A stretch of DNA of 64,000 nt, from positions 35,262 through 99,261 of the forward strand of contig JASEFA010000004.1 in the NCBI GenBank assembly GCA_030019365.1. The letters are read 5' to 3'. A program made the position numbers and the translations under genes. Position 1 is the stretch's first letter, and the number at the start of each line of letters is the position of its first letter. The DNA is from Bacillota bacterium. Lineage in GTDB: Bacteria; Bacillota; Sulfobacillia; JACIYH01. The notes under the pieces are model-generated. The model ran no database searches. It had not been told where the DNA came from and was given only the letters and a program-made list of their open reading frames with translations. Positions 34,327 through 48,328 of this stretch are shown here, in pieces.

Positions 34327-35496
34327 TTATATGACCGCTTCTTCCACGATCAGTCTCCCGGTGGTGAACCTGGCCGGGCTCAGTTCGGAAAGGTCGACCG
34401 TGCGGTATTCACCCCATATGATTAGTTCGGCGAGACCCCTGCCGGCCGCCGGTCCCTGCATCAATCCGTGGCCGGAGAACCCGTTTATCAAGTAAAGCCC
34501 GGGTAGCTCCGGATGGCAGCCGATGATGGCGTTGTGGTCGATGGGGTTTTCGTCGTAAAGGCCGGCCCATCCGTTTTCCAGGCGGAGCGTATCGAAGCAC
34601 GGCACCCTCGTGGCCAGGGCGGGCCATATCTCGTCCACGAATGCGGAGCGATCCCATGTCGCGTCGAAAGTCACGGTGTCGCTCGAAGTGGCGCCTCCGA
34701 CGACGATGAGCCCTCCCGTCTCGCTGCGGAAGTGCACGCCTGTCATGTCCACCACCATGGGGAACTCACGCCCGGCGGCGGCCGGCACTCGACAAACGTA
34801 CACCTGGCGGCGCCACGGCCGGACAGGCAGCTCCACCCCCGCCAGGCGAGCCAGTTCTCCCGCCCAAGCACCTGCTGCATTTACCACGGTGCGGGTGGCA
34901 ATGGTGCGCACCGTCGTCCGCACTGACTTTGCGCCTGCCGCATCCCGCTCGATGGCGACCGCTTCCTCATATATGCACTCCGCGCCGAGGTGCCGTGCTT
35001 TTGCCTCGAACCCCTGGAGGACGGCGTAGGGGTCCAGGTATCCGTCTCGCGGGCAGAATGCGGCCCCCACCACTCCTTCGAGGTCCAGTTCGGGCACCAG
35101 TTCCTTTGCCTGTTGGGGAGTGAGCAGCGTGGCCTCTACGCCGAGGCGGGCCTGCAGTTCGTGACGCCGCAGGAATGCCGGCCAGGTCTTTTCGCTCGCG
35201 AGGAAAAGATATCCCCTCTGGCGGAGGCAGATGTCCGGCCGGCCGTCGGGCGTCTCCATGAGTTCAGCGAAGCTCTCGTAGAACGAGACCGAGTGGCGGA
35301 CGATGCGGATGTTGATTTCGGTACCGAATTGCTGGCGAAAACCCCCTAACGCCAGGCAGGTAGAGGCGTGGCGGCGCAGGTGGTCCCGCTCCATGACCAC
35401 CACGCGGCCCCGTAATCCGCCCACCAGCAGGTTGTAGGCGGTGCACCAGCCCATGATGCCGCCGCCCACGATTACGACGTCCGCAGTTTCCACCAT
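34327..35496 (-). CDS. FAD-dependent oxidoreductase (DAO family; glycine/D-amino-acid oxidase-like)
   Basis: N-terminal ADVVIVGGGIMGWCTAYNL dinucleotide-binding motif. The C-terminal HPELPGLYLINGFSGHGLMQGPAAGRGLAELI is a typical DAO end. Confidence 0.7.
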   Translation of the reverse strand: MVETADVVIVGGGIMGWCTAYNLLVGGLRGRVVVMERDHLRRHASTCLALGGFRQQFGTEINIRIVRHSVSFYESFAELMETPDGRPDICLRQRGYLFLASEKTWPAFLRRHELQARLGVEATLLTPQQAKELVPELDLEGVVGAAFCPRDGYLDPYAVLQGFEAKARHLGAECIYEEAVAIERDAAGAKSVRTTVRTIATRTVVNAAGAWAGELARLAGVELPVRPWRRQVYVCRVPAAAGREFPMVVDMTGVHFRSETGGLIVVGGATSSDTVTFDATWDRSAFVDEIWPALATRVPCFDTLRLENGWAGLYDENPIDHNAIIGCHPELPGLYLINGFSGHGLMQGPAAGRGLAELIIWGEYRTVDLSELSPARFTTGRLIVEEAVI

Positions 35497-35772
35497 AGCC
35501 CACTCCCTTCCCGGCTGCCCGCCCGGGGGTGAACGGCGGGTCGCATTTTCGCGTGACCGCGGATACCGGCCTGCAGGTTGGTTCGACAGCAGGTTCGTAC
35601 GGTTCCTGCCGGCCTTCCCGGCAGCATGAGGTTCAATTGTGATGCAAGGTTATCCCTTGGCGCACCGCAGCATGCGCGCCCTGGTGCAAATCACTGGTTC
35701 TGCTTGGCGAAACGAGAGTGCCAGAGGTACAATGCTTACGCACCCTGCGGGGGACCGTCAAAGGGGGTTTGT

Positions 35773-36756
35773 TTGGTGGTTGTGGTCACGGGTGCCACGG
35801 GTCACATCGGCAACACGCTGGTGCGGGCTTTGCTGGCCAGGGGGGAGGAGGTGCGGTGTCTGGTCCTGCCCGGTGAGGACCTGCGCTCCCTGGAGGGATT
35901 GGACGTGGAGTTGAGCGAGGGGGATGTGCGGCACCGGGAGGTGTTGGACCGTGTTTTCCGCGGGGCCCGGGTCGTGTACCACCTGGCCTCGGTCATTGCC
36001 CTTCTGCCCCGATACGCCCGTGTCCTGTATGAGGTCAACGTGCGGGGCACGTGCAACGTCGTGCAAGCATGTCTGGCGTGCGGAGTGGAGCGGCTGGTCT
36101 ACACCAGCTCCATACATGCCCTGGCGGAACCGCCCGAGGGGGTGACCATCGACGAGAGCGCGCCGCCTGATCCGGACCGGATACCTTCGCATTACGGGAA
36201 GTCGAAGGCCCTGGCCACACGGGAAGTCCTGGAGGGGATCAAGAGGGGCCTGGATGCCGTGGTGGTGAGTCCCACGGGTGTCATCGGGCCGTACGATTTC
36301 CGGCCTTCGGATATGGGCCGGCTGATCCTCGACTTCATGAGACGGCGACTGTGGGCGTACGTGGAGGGTGCCTATGACTTCGTAGACGTACGGGACGTGG
36401 CCGAGGGCCACCTGGCAGCCTGCGCGCAGGGGGGCCGGGGAGAGAACTACATCCTCTCGGGGGAGCGCATCACGGTGCGGCAGATGATGGAGTGGCTGGC
36501 GGAGATAACGGGGGTACCGGCGCCGCGGCTGTGTCTTCCAACCTGGGGCGCCCGAGTGGTGGCGGACGTTTCTTCCCTGTGGGCGGCGGTGATAGGAGGA
36601 GGGCTGCGGATCACCCGGGAGTCGCTCTACGTGTTGAGCAGTAACTCTCACGTCTCGCACGCCAAGGCCACGCGGGAGTTGGGGTACCGCCCGCGTCCGC
36701 TCCGGGAGAGCCTGGCTGACACGGTGGACTGGTTTCGCGAGGCAGGACGGGCGTAG
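35773..36756 (+). CDS. NAD(P)-dependent epimerase/dehydratase (extended SDR) family protein
   Basis: VVVVTGATGHIGNTLVRALL (Rossmann GxxGxxG) and the catalytic SHYGKSK (YxxxK). The start is TTG/GTG ~35773 inside the longer track ORF 35578..36756. Confidence 0.7.
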   Translation: MVVVVTGATGHIGNTLVRALLARGEEVRCLVLPGEDLRSLEGLDVELSEGDVRHREVLDRVFRGARVVYHLASVIALLPRYARVLYEVNVRGTCNVVQACLACGVERLVYTSSIHALAEPPEGVTIDESAPPDPDRIPSHYGKSKALATREVLEGIKRGLDAVVVSPTGVIGPYDFRPSDMGRLILDFMRRRLWAYVEGAYDFVDVRDVAEGHLAACAQGGRGENYILSGERITVRQMMEWLAEITGVPAPRLCLPTWGARVVADVSSLWAAVIGGGLRITRESLYVLSSNSHVSHAKATRELGYRPRPLRESLADTVDWFREAGRA

Positions 36757-36949
36757 ACAGCATCACCCCGAGACCGGCCCGAGAGATTGGGTACGGGGCG
36801 GGCTTTCCAAACGGGGGTTCCCGGTGTGCAGCACTGGGCGCGGTGTGGGCAGGGGCGGTGTGGGCTGGTTGCGGGGGCCGGGCGGATGTGCTATACTGCC
36901 AGTGGTGTAGTGCGGTCGCCTGGGCGCCGATGGATCTCCGGGCGCTGCT

Positions 36950-36975
36950 GAGTGGGTTTCACGACCCACTCTTTG
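36950..36975 (+). terminator. Hairpin GAGTGGGT-ttcacg-ACCCACTC followed by TTTG
   Basis: Perfect 8-bp stem seen ~200 nt downstream of the SDR gene and ~90 nt upstream of rimP. A weak T-tract follows. Confidence 0.3.
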
Positions 36976-37063
36976 CGCGTATCGGCGCAGGTGCCCAAAG
37001 CGGGTAGGTCGGGGGTCGGCCGCTCCTGCGGCAGGCCCAGTTTTTTGGGGGGCCTGAGCGGAG

Positions 37064-37534
37064 GTGAGCGGCGTGAAGCGAGGGGAGCTGGAGGCTGAGG
37101 TGGCAGGCATGGCCCGCCAGGTCGCGGCCCCCATGGGGCTGTCCGTGGTGGATGTGGAGTTTTCCCCGCGGGGGAGACGGTCGCTGCTGCGGGTGATCCT
37201 GGATAGGCCCGGGGGTATCCTGCTCGACGAGTGCGCGCGGGTGAGCGAGGAGCTGAGCCACATGCTGGACGCGGCCGACCTCATCCCGGGGACCTACGTC
37301 CTCGAGGTGTCTTCGCCCGGGCTGGACCGGGTGCTGCGCCGGGATGAGGAGTTCGCCATCTTCCGGGGGCGCCGGGTGGCCGTGCACACCTACGCACCGG
37401 TGCAGGGGCAGAAGCGCCTGGAAGGCACGCTCCTGGGCCTGGAGGAAGACGGGGTTCATCTGGAAATGGACGGACAGGAGGTGCTGGTCCCCCGCCAGCA
37501 GGTAGCCAGGGTGCACCTGGTGGCAGAGATCTGA
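37064..37534 (+). CDS. rimP: Ribosome maturation factor RimP
   Basis: Typical RimP (LSVVDVEF...RRSLLRVILDRPGGILLDECARVSEELS...LEVSSPGLDR) located directly upstream of nusA. Confidence 0.8.
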   Translation: MSGVKRGELEAEVAGMARQVAAPMGLSVVDVEFSPRGRRSLLRVILDRPGGILLDECARVSEELSHMLDAADLIPGTYVLEVSSPGLDRVLRRDEEFAIFRGRRVAVHTYAPVQGQKRLEGTLLGLEEDGVHLEMDGQEVLVPRQQVARVHLVAEI

Positions 37535-37546
37535 GGAGGGCCCGAT

Positions 37547-38593
37547 GTGAACGGTGAACTGGTGACTGCGCTTGAGCAACTCGAGAGAGAACGTGGGGTT
37601 CCCAAGGAAAAGCTGACCGAGGCCATAGAGGCGGCTCTCATCTCCGCTTACCGGCGGAACTTCGGCGCCGGGCAAAACGTAAGGGTGGAAGTGGATCCCC
37701 GTACCGGGGCTATCAGGGTTTTTGCCCGCCGTCAGGTGGTGGAAGACGTGGCCGACCCCCGCCAGGAAGTAGCCCTGGAGGAGGCTCGCGCCAGCGATCC
37801 CGCCTACGGGGTGGGCGACGTCATTGAGCACGAGGTGACTCCCCGCGAGTTCGGCCGCATCGCTGCCCAGACCGCCAAGCAGGTGGTGCTGCAGAAGATC
37901 AGAGAGGCGGAGCGGGGGCTGATTTACGAGGAGTTTGCCAGCCGCGAGGGCGACATCGTGACGGGCATCGTGCACCGGCACGAGTACCGCAACGTGATGA
38001 TCGACCTCGGGCGTACCGAGGGCATGTTGCCCCCTTCGGAGCAGATACCGGGAGAGGTTTACCGCCAGGGCGACCGGCTCAAGTGCTACGTACTGGAAGT
38101 GCGCAAGACCACCAGGGGGCCCCAGATCATCCTTTCCCGCACCCACCCCGGTCTGCTGAAGAGGTTGTTCGAGCTGGAGGTTCCCGAGATCCACGACGGC
38201 ATCGTGGACATCAAGGGAATGGCGCGGGAGCCCGGCTCCCGCTCCAAGGTGGCCGTGTACACCCGTGACCCGGACGTCGACGCCATCGGTGCCTGCGTGG
38301 GGCCCAAGGGCATGCGGGTGCAGGCCATCGTCAATGAGCTGAAGGGGGAGAAGCTGGACATCATCCGCTGGGACGTGGACCCGGAGATTTACGTGGCCAA
38401 TGCCCTCAGCCCGGCCCGGGCCATCCGGGTGTACTGCGATGAAGAGACGCGGGTGGCGCGCGTCATCGTCCCCGACTTCCAGCTTTCCCTTGCCATCGGC
38501 CGCGAGGGGCAGAACGCCCGCCTGGCCGCCAAGCTCACCGGGTGGAAGGTGGACATCAAGGGCGAGTCCCAGGCTCAGGGGGTGAGCGAGTGA
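37547..38593 (+). CDS. nusA: Transcription termination/antitermination factor NusA
   Basis: N-terminal domain, S1 and two KH regions recognisable ([12 protein letters not shown]..., [41 protein letters not shown]...). Confidence 0.9.
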   Translation: MNGELVTALEQLERERGVPKEKLTEAIEAALISAYRRNFGAGQNVRVEVDPRTGAIRVFARRQVVEDVADPRQEVALEEARASDPAYGVGDVIEHEVTPREFGRIAAQTAKQVVLQKIREAERGLIYEEFASREGDIVTGIVHRHEYRNVMIDLGRTEGMLPPSEQIPGEVYRQGDRLKCYVLEVRKTTRGPQIILSRTHPGLLKRLFELEVPEIHDGIVDIKGMAREPGSRSKVAVYTRDPDVDAIGACVGPKGMRVQAIVNELKGEKLDIIRWDVDPEIYVANALSPARAIRVYCDEETRVARVIVPDFQLSLAIGREGQNARLAAKLTGWKVDIKGESQAQGVSE

Positions 38594-38886
38594 AGCGCCG
38601 CCACGTCCCCATGCGCATGTGCGTGGGTTGCCAGGAGATGAAGCCGAAGCGGGATATGGTGCGCATAGTACGCACCCCCGAAGGCGAGGTGCTGGTGGAT
38701 CCCACGGGCAAGAAGTCGGGGCGGGGGGTGTACGTCTGCCCCGACCACGGGTGTGTGGAGAAGGCGGTGAAGACCAGGAGGTTGGAGAAGGCCCTGGGCA
38801 GAGAGATGTCCCCGGAGGTGCTGGAGACCGTGCGCCTGAAGGTGCGCGAGAGCCCCGGTGCCGCTTCAGGATGCCTGCCCCATTGA
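38590..38886 (+). CDS. ylxR: YlxR-family (DUF448) RNA-binding protein
   Basis: [55 protein letters not shown]; GTG start overlapping the nusA stop. The classic nusA-ylxR-infB order holds, with no L7Ae gene between. Confidence 0.7.
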   Translation: MKRRHVPMRMCVGCQEMKPKRDMVRIVRTPEGEVLVDPTGKKSGRGVYVCPDHGCVEKAVKTRRLEKALGREMSPEVLETVRLKVRESPGAASGCLPH

Positions 38887-38902
38887 TTTCGGAGGTGTGT
38901 GG

Positions 38903-42076
<3,174 letters not shown>

Positions 42077-42097
42077 CCGGCGCGGGGGTGAGGGGTT

Positions 42098-42376
42098 GTG
42101 GTGGTGGGAGTGGTCCGCCTGGAGTTGGCCCTGCCCGGGAACGGCTGCCTGAAGGACAAGCGCCGGGTTATTAAGAGCCTGGTGGACCGGCTGCGACACC
42201 GCTTCAACGTCTCGGTGGCCGAGGTCGACCACCAGGATGCCCATCGGCGGGCCACGGTGGCCGTGGCCTGCGTTTCCGGAGACCGCACCGTGTGCGGTCA
42301 GATCCTGGATGCCGTGGTGCGGTTCGCGGACGCCTCGGGTGCCCTGGTGCAGGACTACGAGGTGGAATTCTACTAG
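42098..42376 (+). CDS. ylxP: DUF503-family protein (YlxP-like)
   Basis: 92 aa between infB and rbfA, as in Bacillus. VVRLELALPGNGCLKDKRRVIKSLVDRLRHRFNVSVAEVDHQD. Confidence 0.65.
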   Translation: MVVGVVRLELALPGNGCLKDKRRVIKSLVDRLRHRFNVSVAEVDHQDAHRRATVAVACVSGDRTVCGQILDAVVRFADASGALVQDYEVEFY

Positions 42377-42392
42377 ACGGAGGGTCGCAGGG

Positions 42393-42776
42393 GTGGGCGG
42401 TACGCGGCAGGAAAGGGTGGCTGAAGCCCTGCGGGAGGAAATCTCCTCGCTCCTTTCCGAGCTGAAGGATCCCCGGGTGGGGTTTGCTTCCATTACCCGC
42501 GTGGAGGTCTCCAGCGACCTCCGCCATGCCCGCGTCTATGTCTCCGTTCTGGGGGACGAGGCAGGGAAGAAGGCGACCATGGAGGGACTGCACAGTGCCA
42601 CCGGGTTCATCCGCTCGGAGGTGGGACGCCGGGTGAGACTGTTCCGGACTCCGGAGATTTCCTTCCACCTGGACGAGTCCCTGGAGAAGGGGGCCCGGGT
42701 GCTGAAGCTTATCGCCGAGGTGGAGCGGTCCCGCTCCGGAGACGCAACCGGCGGCGGGGCGCGAGAGCATGGCTAG
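42393..42776 (+). CDS. rbfA: Ribosome-binding factor A
   Basis: GTG start after GACGGAGGG. RQERVAEALREEISSLLSELKDPRVGFASITRVEVSSDLRHARVYVSVLGDE is a canonical RbfA. It lies inside track ORF 42237..42776. Confidence 0.8.
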   Translation: MGGTRQERVAEALREEISSLLSELKDPRVGFASITRVEVSSDLRHARVYVSVLGDEAGKKATMEGLHSATGFIRSEVGRRVRLFRTPEISFHLDESLEKGARVLKLIAEVERSRSGDATGGGAREHG

Positions 42777-43740
42777 GGTGGGAGCCGCCTCCGAGGCGGC
42801 GCGGGCCCTGACTGCGGGGCGGCGTTTTCTCCTGCCCCTGCATCTGGCTCCGGACGGAGACAGCGCGGGATCGGTGCTGGCGCTGGCCCTCATCCTGGAT
42901 CGCCTGGGCGCCGAGGCGGTGGTGACGTGGGAGCGCGACCCCCTTCCTCGCCCGTACGCTTTCCTGCCCGGGTCCGACCGGGTGATCCCCTTCGACAGGG
43001 TGCAGGGGGATTTCTCGGCGGCGGTGTTCCTGGACATGACTGACTCCGGGCGGGCGGGAGAGAAGACCTGCGGCTTCGTGCGAGATCTGCTCCTGGTGAA
43101 CGTGGATCACCATCCCACCAATACCGGGTTCGGCGCGGTGCGTTTTCTCGATCCGGAGGCGCCCGCGGTGGGGGAGATGATCATTGCCGTCGCCGACTGC
43201 CTGGGGGTACCCCTCGACGGGGAGATAGCCACCTGCCTCTACGTGGCCCTGATGACCGATACCGGATCCTTCCAGTACGACAATGCCACCCCGCGGGCCT
43301 TCCGGGCGGCCGCCCGTCTGGTGGAGGCGGGGGCCATCCCCGCGGAAACCGCCCGGCGCGTGTACGAGAGCCGGTCTCGGGCCTCCCTGCAGATCCTTCA
43401 CCTGGCCCTGGGGACGCTGGCCGTGGAATCCGGGGGCAGGGTCGCCCACGTCACCCTCACCCGCGATATGATGGAGCGCGCCGGTGCCGCGGTGGCCGAC
43501 ACCGACGGCCTCATCAACTACCCCCGTTCCCTGGAAGGGGTGGAGGTGGCCATCCTCTTCCGCGAGGAGGAAGATGGGCGGGTCAAGGTGGGTTTCCGTT
43601 CCCGCCATGTGGATGTGGGGGAGCTGGCGGCCTCCCTGGGCGGAGGCGGCCACGCCCGGGCGTCCGGCTGCCTGCTGGAGGGTCCCGTGGAAGCGGCCCG
43701 CGACCGGGTGCTCTCCCGGCTGAGGAGCGTGCTGGGATGA
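42769..43740 (+). CDS. nrnA: DHH-family phosphoesterase (NrnA-like bifunctional oligoribonuclease/pAp phosphatase)
   Basis: HLAPDGDSAGS, DHHP and GGGH motifs of DHH/DHHA1 are present. Confidence 0.75.
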   Translation: MARVGAASEAARALTAGRRFLLPLHLAPDGDSAGSVLALALILDRLGAEAVVTWERDPLPRPYAFLPGSDRVIPFDRVQGDFSAAVFLDMTDSGRAGEKTCGFVRDLLLVNVDHHPTNTGFGAVRFLDPEAPAVGEMIIAVADCLGVPLDGEIATCLYVALMTDTGSFQYDNATPRAFRAAARLVEAGAIPAETARRVYESRSRASLQILHLALGTLAVESGGRVAHVTLTRDMMERAGAAVADTDGLINYPRSLEGVEVAILFREEEDGRVKVGFRSRHVDVGELAASLGGGGHARASGCLLEGPVEAARDRVLSRLRSVLG

Positions 43741-44543
43741 GCCGACCCCACGGGCAGGCAGCGGCTGGCCAGGGAGAGGCAACAGCCCGCCGGGGGGAAC
43801 CGCCGGCCGGCGTCATCAACGTGCTCAAGCCTCCGGGGATGACCTCCCACGACGTGGTGGCCTGCCTGCGCCGCTGGCTGGGGGTGAAGGCCGGCCACGG
43901 GGGGACGCTGGATCCCGGAGCGGCGGGAGTCCTGGTGGTGGCTCTGGGAAGAGCCACCAGGCTGCTGCGCTTTCTCCTGGAGGGGACCAAGGAATACCGG
44001 GCCGAGGTGATCCTCGGTGCCCGTACCGCCACCGGGGATGCGGCCGCTCCCGAGGAGGAGGGCGGGGATGCCTCCTGCCTCACCCGGGAGCGGGTGGAGG
44101 AGGCGGTGCAGGCTCTCACCGGGGAGCTGGAGCAGGTCCCCCCCATGACCTCCGCCCTGAAGCACGCGGGTGAGCCGCTGTACCGGCTGGCCCGCCGGGG
44201 CGAGGAAGTCCCCCGCAGGGCGCGCCCGGTGACGGTGTTTTCCGCCCGGGTGGTGGAGTTCCACCCGGCGCGACGGGCCCGCCTTCTGGTGGACCTGGTC
44301 TGCTCTCACGGAACCTACGTGCGCACCTGGGCTCAGGACCTGGGCAATGCCCTCGGTGTGGGCGGCTACGTGGGATTCCTGGTGCGCACGCGGGTCGGCC
44401 CGTTTCGCCTTGAGGGTGCCCGCACGCTGGAGGAGATCCGCGCCCGGCCTGAGGAGGCAATCGAGCCCATGGCGCGGGTGGTGGAACACGTCGGAGCCGA
44501 CCGGGGGAGCGGGGCAGGCGCGTCAGGAGGGACTGGCGGGTGA
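43737..44543 (+). CDS. truB: tRNA pseudouridine(55) synthase
   Basis: GVINVLKPPGMTSHDVVACLRR...GHGGTLDPGAAGVLVVALG (catalytic Asp motif), then the TruB C-terminal region. Confidence 0.85.
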   Translation: MSRPHGQAAAGQGEATARRGEPPAGVINVLKPPGMTSHDVVACLRRWLGVKAGHGGTLDPGAAGVLVVALGRATRLLRFLLEGTKEYRAEVILGARTATGDAAAPEEEGGDASCLTRERVEEAVQALTGELEQVPPMTSALKHAGEPLYRLARRGEEVPRRARPVTVFSARVVEFHPARRARLLVDLVCSHGTYVRTWAQDLGNALGVGGYVGFLVRTRVGPFRLEGARTLEEIRARPEEAIEPMARVVEHVGADRGSGAGASGGTGG

Positions 44544-44588
44544 AGTTGGGCGGCTGGGGGCGCGAAGGCGCCAAGGGGTGGTCCGGGC

Positions 44589-45632
44589 GTGGAGCGGCGT
44601 GAGTTCTCTCTGGCCGACCCCCTGTGCGGGCGGGGGGAGCTGGCGGTGGCGGTGGGCACCTTCGACGGGGTGCACCTGGGGCATCAGCGGTTGATTCGCC
44701 GGCTGGTGGAGGAGGCGGGGCAGCGGGGGCTGCCCGCGGCGGTCCTCACCTTCGAGCCGCACCCTCTCGAGGTGCTGCGGCCCGGGAACGGGCCCGGGCG
44801 GTTGACCCTACCCGAAGAGAAGGCCGCCCTTCTCGCCACCCTGGGAGTGGACATACTCCTGGTGATGAGGTTTGATGGGGCTCTCGCCGGGATGGAACCG
44901 GCAGAGTTCTGCCGCCGGGTGCTGGAGGGCATGTTGCAGGCCCGCCGGGTGTGGGTGGGATTCAGCTTCACCTTCGGGCGGGAAGGCAGGGGTAATCCCG
45001 CCGGCCTGCGGCGTTGGGGGGAGGAGCGGGGGGTGGAGGTCGGGGTCCTGCCCCCCGTGCGGGTGGGCGGCCGGACGGTCTCTTCCACCGCCATCCGCGA
45101 GGCGGTGACCCGCGGGGCGGTGGGCCGGGCCCGCCTGATGCTGGGACGCCCTTACCAGGTGGCGGGGGTGGTGGTGCCGGGCGAGGGACGGGGGCGGGTG
45201 CTGGGGTATCCCACCGCCAACGTGGAATGCCATCCCGGTAAGGTGATGCCCGCCCCGGGCGTGTACGCTGCGCGCGTCCGCTGCCCGAAAGGTTCCCCAG
45301 CCGGGCTGGCCGGGTACCTGCCCGGGGTGGCCAACTTCGGTTGCCGTCCCACCTTCGGGGGCGGGGAACCGCGCCTTGAGGTGCACCTGCCCGGGGCCGG
45401 TGGGGACCTGTACGGCAGCCCCATCGAGGTGGCCTTCTGGCGGCGCCTGCGGGGAGAAAAGCGCTTCCCCGACGGGGCTGCCCTGGCCCGTCAGCTGGAG
45501 GCGGACACCCGGCGGGCCCTGGCCATGCTGGGTGAGTCGACGCCGCGCGGCGCGGGCTGCGTTGACCGGCGCGGGACGGCGGATGCGTGCGTTTACACCG
45601 GTGGGACGGTGTGCTACAATCGACGCGGTTGA
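44589..45632 (+). CDS. ribF: Bifunctional riboflavin kinase / FMN adenylyltransferase
   Basis: [17 protein letters not shown] (nucleotidyltransferase motif), the riboflavin-kinase part LGYPTANVE, and GxY...E. The C-terminal tail is likely over-extended. Confidence 0.8.
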   Translation: MERREFSLADPLCGRGELAVAVGTFDGVHLGHQRLIRRLVEEAGQRGLPAAVLTFEPHPLEVLRPGNGPGRLTLPEEKAALLATLGVDILLVMRFDGALAGMEPAEFCRRVLEGMLQARRVWVGFSFTFGREGRGNPAGLRRWGEERGVEVGVLPPVRVGGRTVSSTAIREAVTRGAVGRARLMLGRPYQVAGVVVPGEGRGRVLGYPTANVECHPGKVMPAPGVYAARVRCPKGSPAGLAGYLPGVANFGCRPTFGGGEPRLEVHLPGAGGDLYGSPIEVAFWRRLRGEKRFPDGAALARQLEADTRRALAMLGESTPRGAGCVDRRGTADACVYTGGTVCYNRRG

Positions 45633-45705
45633 ACCCGCACGCGGCGGCGCGCTCCTCCGGCGGCCGGCTGGGTGCGGGGGATCGGCGGGGAAGGAGGAAG
45701 GTACG

Positions 45706-45975
45706 GTGGCCCTGGCGCGGGAGAAGAAGCAGTCCATAATATCGGAGTACCGCCGGCACGACAAGGACACGGGCTCTCCGGAAGTGCAGATCGCCCTGCT
45801 CACCAAACGTATTTCGGAGCTTACCGAACACCTCAGGCAGCACCGGCACGACTATCACAGCCGGCGCGGCCTGCTCAAGATGGTGGGGCACAGGCGCAAC
45901 CTGCTCAGGTACCTGAGGGAAATGGACATCGAACGATACCGGGCCCTGGTGGAAAGACTGGGGATCCGTGGTTGA
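45706..45975 (+). CDS. rpsO: 30S ribosomal protein S15
   Basis: GTG start after [81 protein letters not shown]. Confidence 0.9.
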   Translation: MALAREKKQSIISEYRRHDKDTGSPEVQIALLTKRISELTEHLRQHRHDYHSRRGLLKMVGHRRNLLRYLREMDIERYRALVERLGIRG

Positions 45976-46048
45976 AGGTGCGGGCGGGAGGCCCGCCCTT
46001 CGTTTGCAGTGCCCCCGGAGGGAGACTCCGGGGAAGGGAGGAATCGTA

Positions 46049-48322
46049 TTGAGCGAAGCTGCCGTTGAGCACACAGACACGAGGTGGGAGCCGGAGGGCT
46101 TCCGCTGTTTTGAGATGGAGTTCGGCGGCCGTCTCCTGCACCTGGAAGTGGGGAAGATGGCCAGGCAGGCGGGGGGCGCCTGCCTGGTGCGGTACGGGGA
46201 TACCGCCGTGCTGGTGACCGCCACCGCCTCCGCCGAGCCGCGGGAAGGGGTGGATTTCCTGCCCCTCACCGTGGACTACGAGGAGCGCCTCTACGCGGTG
46301 GGGCGCATCCCGGGCAGCTGGCACCGCCGGGAGGGGCGTCCCAGCACGCGGGCCATCCTGAGCGGGCGCCTCATCGACCGTCCCATCCGGCCCTTGTTCC
46401 CGGAGGGGTTGCGCCACGACGTGCAGGTAATCGTCACCGTGCTGTCCGTGGATCACGATCACTCGCCGGAAGTCTGCGGCCTGCTGGGTGCCTCGGCCGC
46501 CCTCACGGTTTCGGACATCCCCTGGAACGGCCCGGTAGGCGGCTGTGAGGTGGGGCTGGCCGAAGGGCGGGTGGTAATAAACCCCAATCAGGACCAGCAT
46601 GCCGCTTCTCCGCTGGGTCTGGTGGTGGCCGGCACCGAGGAAGCGGTGATCATGGTGGAGGCGGGTGCGCGCGAGGTGCCCGAAGAGGACATCCTGCGCG
46701 CCATCGCCGCCGGCCATGAGGAGTGCCGGAAGGTGTGCCGCTTCATCGCCGATCTGGCCCGGAAGGTGGGCAAACCCAAGCGGGAGTTTCCCCTGTTCCT
46801 CCCCGATCCCGAGCTCGAGCGCAAGGTCAGGGAGTTCGCCACCCCCCTGGTGAGGGAGCTCCTGGGGTATGCCGACAAGACCGAACGCGAGCAGGCCAGC
46901 GCCGAGCTGGAGGCGCGGGTGGTGGAGCACTTCCTGCCCGAGTATCCGGAAGGCGCTCCCCAGATCGCCGTCGTCCTCAAGAAGATCCTGAAGGAAGAGA
47001 TGCGTCGCCAGGTGATCGAGCACGGGATCAGGCCCGACGGCCGTCATCCCGACGAGATCAGGCCCGTGTGGTGTCAGGTGGGGTTGCTGCCCCGGGCGCA
47101 CGGCTCCGGGCTGTTCACGCGGGGGCAGACCCAGGTGCTCACCGTTGCCACCCTGGGGGCGGTAGGGGACGTGCAGCTCCTGGATGACACCGGCGAGGAA
47201 GAAGAAAAGCGCTACATGCACCATTACAACTTCCCGCCTTACTCCACCGGCGAAACCCGCCCCTTGCGCGGCCCTGGCCGGCGGGAAATCGGGCACGGCG
47301 CCCTGGCAGAGAGGGCGCTGGAGGGGGTCATCCCCTCGGAAGAGGCGTTCCCCTATACCCTGCGCGTGGTGTCGGAGGTGCTGGAATCCAACGGATCTAC
47401 CTCCATGGCTTCCGTGTGCGGCAGCACCCTGGCCCTCATGGATGCCGGGGTGCCCATTTCCGCCCCGGTGAGCGGGGTGGCCATGGGTCTGGTCAAGGAA
47501 GGCGACCGGGTGGTAGTCCTGAGCGACATCCAGGGCATGGAGGATGCCCTGGGGGATATGGACTTCAAGGTGGCGGGGACCACGAAGGGGATCACCGCCC
47601 TGCAGATGGACATCAAGATCGCCGGGGTGACCGTCGACATCCTGCGCCGCGCCCTGGGGCAGGCCCGGCAGGGGCGTCTGCACATCCTGGACCGCATGCT
47701 GCAGGTGCTGCCTGCGCCCCGTCCGGAGCTGAGTCGCTGGGCGCCGCGCATCCTGAGCATCACCATCCATCCCGACCACATCCGGGACGTGATCGGGCCG
47801 GGCGGCAAGACCATCAACCGCATCATCACGGAGACGGGAACCAAGATCGACGTGGAATCGGACGGCCGGGTGTTCATCGCCGGTCCGTCCGAGGGTGCGG
47901 AGAAAGCGCTGGAGATCATCCGGGGTCTGACCGCCGAACCGGAGGTGGGGCACATCTACCGGGGCAAGGTCACCCGCATCATGAACTTCGGTGCCTTCGT
48001 GGAAATCCTGCCCGGCAGGGAGGGGCTGGTGCACATCTCCGAGCTCTCCGACCGGCGGGTGAACCGGGTGGAAGACGTCGTGAATGTGGGCGACGAGGTC
48101 GAGGTGAAGCTGACCGAGATCGACCGCATGGGGCGCCTCAACCTCTCCCGCCGCCAGGTGCTGCTGGCGGAGCAGGCCCGGCCCGGGGGCAACGAGCGTC
48201 GCGAGGGGCCTCCCGATCACCACCGGGGAGGCGCCGGGCGTCCGGGCCCGCACCGGGGAGGTGCGCAGGGGGCGGGAGCCGCTGCCCGGGGACGCGATGG
48301 ACCCGACCGGGAGAGGCGGTGA
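46049..48322 (+). CDS. pnp: Polynucleotide phosphorylase
   Basis: Two RNase PH domains, KH and S1 domains recognisable ([15 protein letters not shown]..., [33 protein letters not shown]). TTG start ~46049 after GGGAAGGGAGG. Low-complexity basic tail. Confidence 0.9.
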   Translation: MSEAAVEHTDTRWEPEGFRCFEMEFGGRLLHLEVGKMARQAGGACLVRYGDTAVLVTATASAEPREGVDFLPLTVDYEERLYAVGRIPGSWHRREGRPSTRAILSGRLIDRPIRPLFPEGLRHDVQVIVTVLSVDHDHSPEVCGLLGASAALTVSDIPWNGPVGGCEVGLAEGRVVINPNQDQHAASPLGLVVAGTEEAVIMVEAGAREVPEEDILRAIAAGHEECRKVCRFIADLARKVGKPKREFPLFLPDPELERKVREFATPLVRELLGYADKTEREQASAELEARVVEHFLPEYPEGAPQIAVVLKKILKEEMRRQVIEHGIRPDGRHPDEIRPVWCQVGLLPRAHGSGLFTRGQTQVLTVATLGAVGDVQLLDDTGEEEEKRYMHHYNFPPYSTGETRPLRGPGRREIGHGALAERALEGVIPSEEAFPYTLRVVSEVLESNGSTSMASVCGSTLALMDAGVPISAPVSGVAMGLVKEGDRVVVLSDIQGMEDALGDMDFKVAGTTKGITALQMDIKIAGVTVDILRRALGQARQGRLHILDRMLQVLPAPRPELSRWAPRILSITIHPDHIRDVIGPGGKTINRIITETGTKIDVESDGRVFIAGPSEGAEKALEIIRGLTAEPEVGHIYRGKVTRIMNFGAFVEILPGREGLVHISELSDRRVNRVEDVVNVGDEVEVKLTEIDRMGRLNLSRRQVLLAEQARPGGNERREGPPDHHRGGAGRPGPHRGGAQGAGAAARGRDGPDRERR

Positions 48323-48328
48323 GACCCG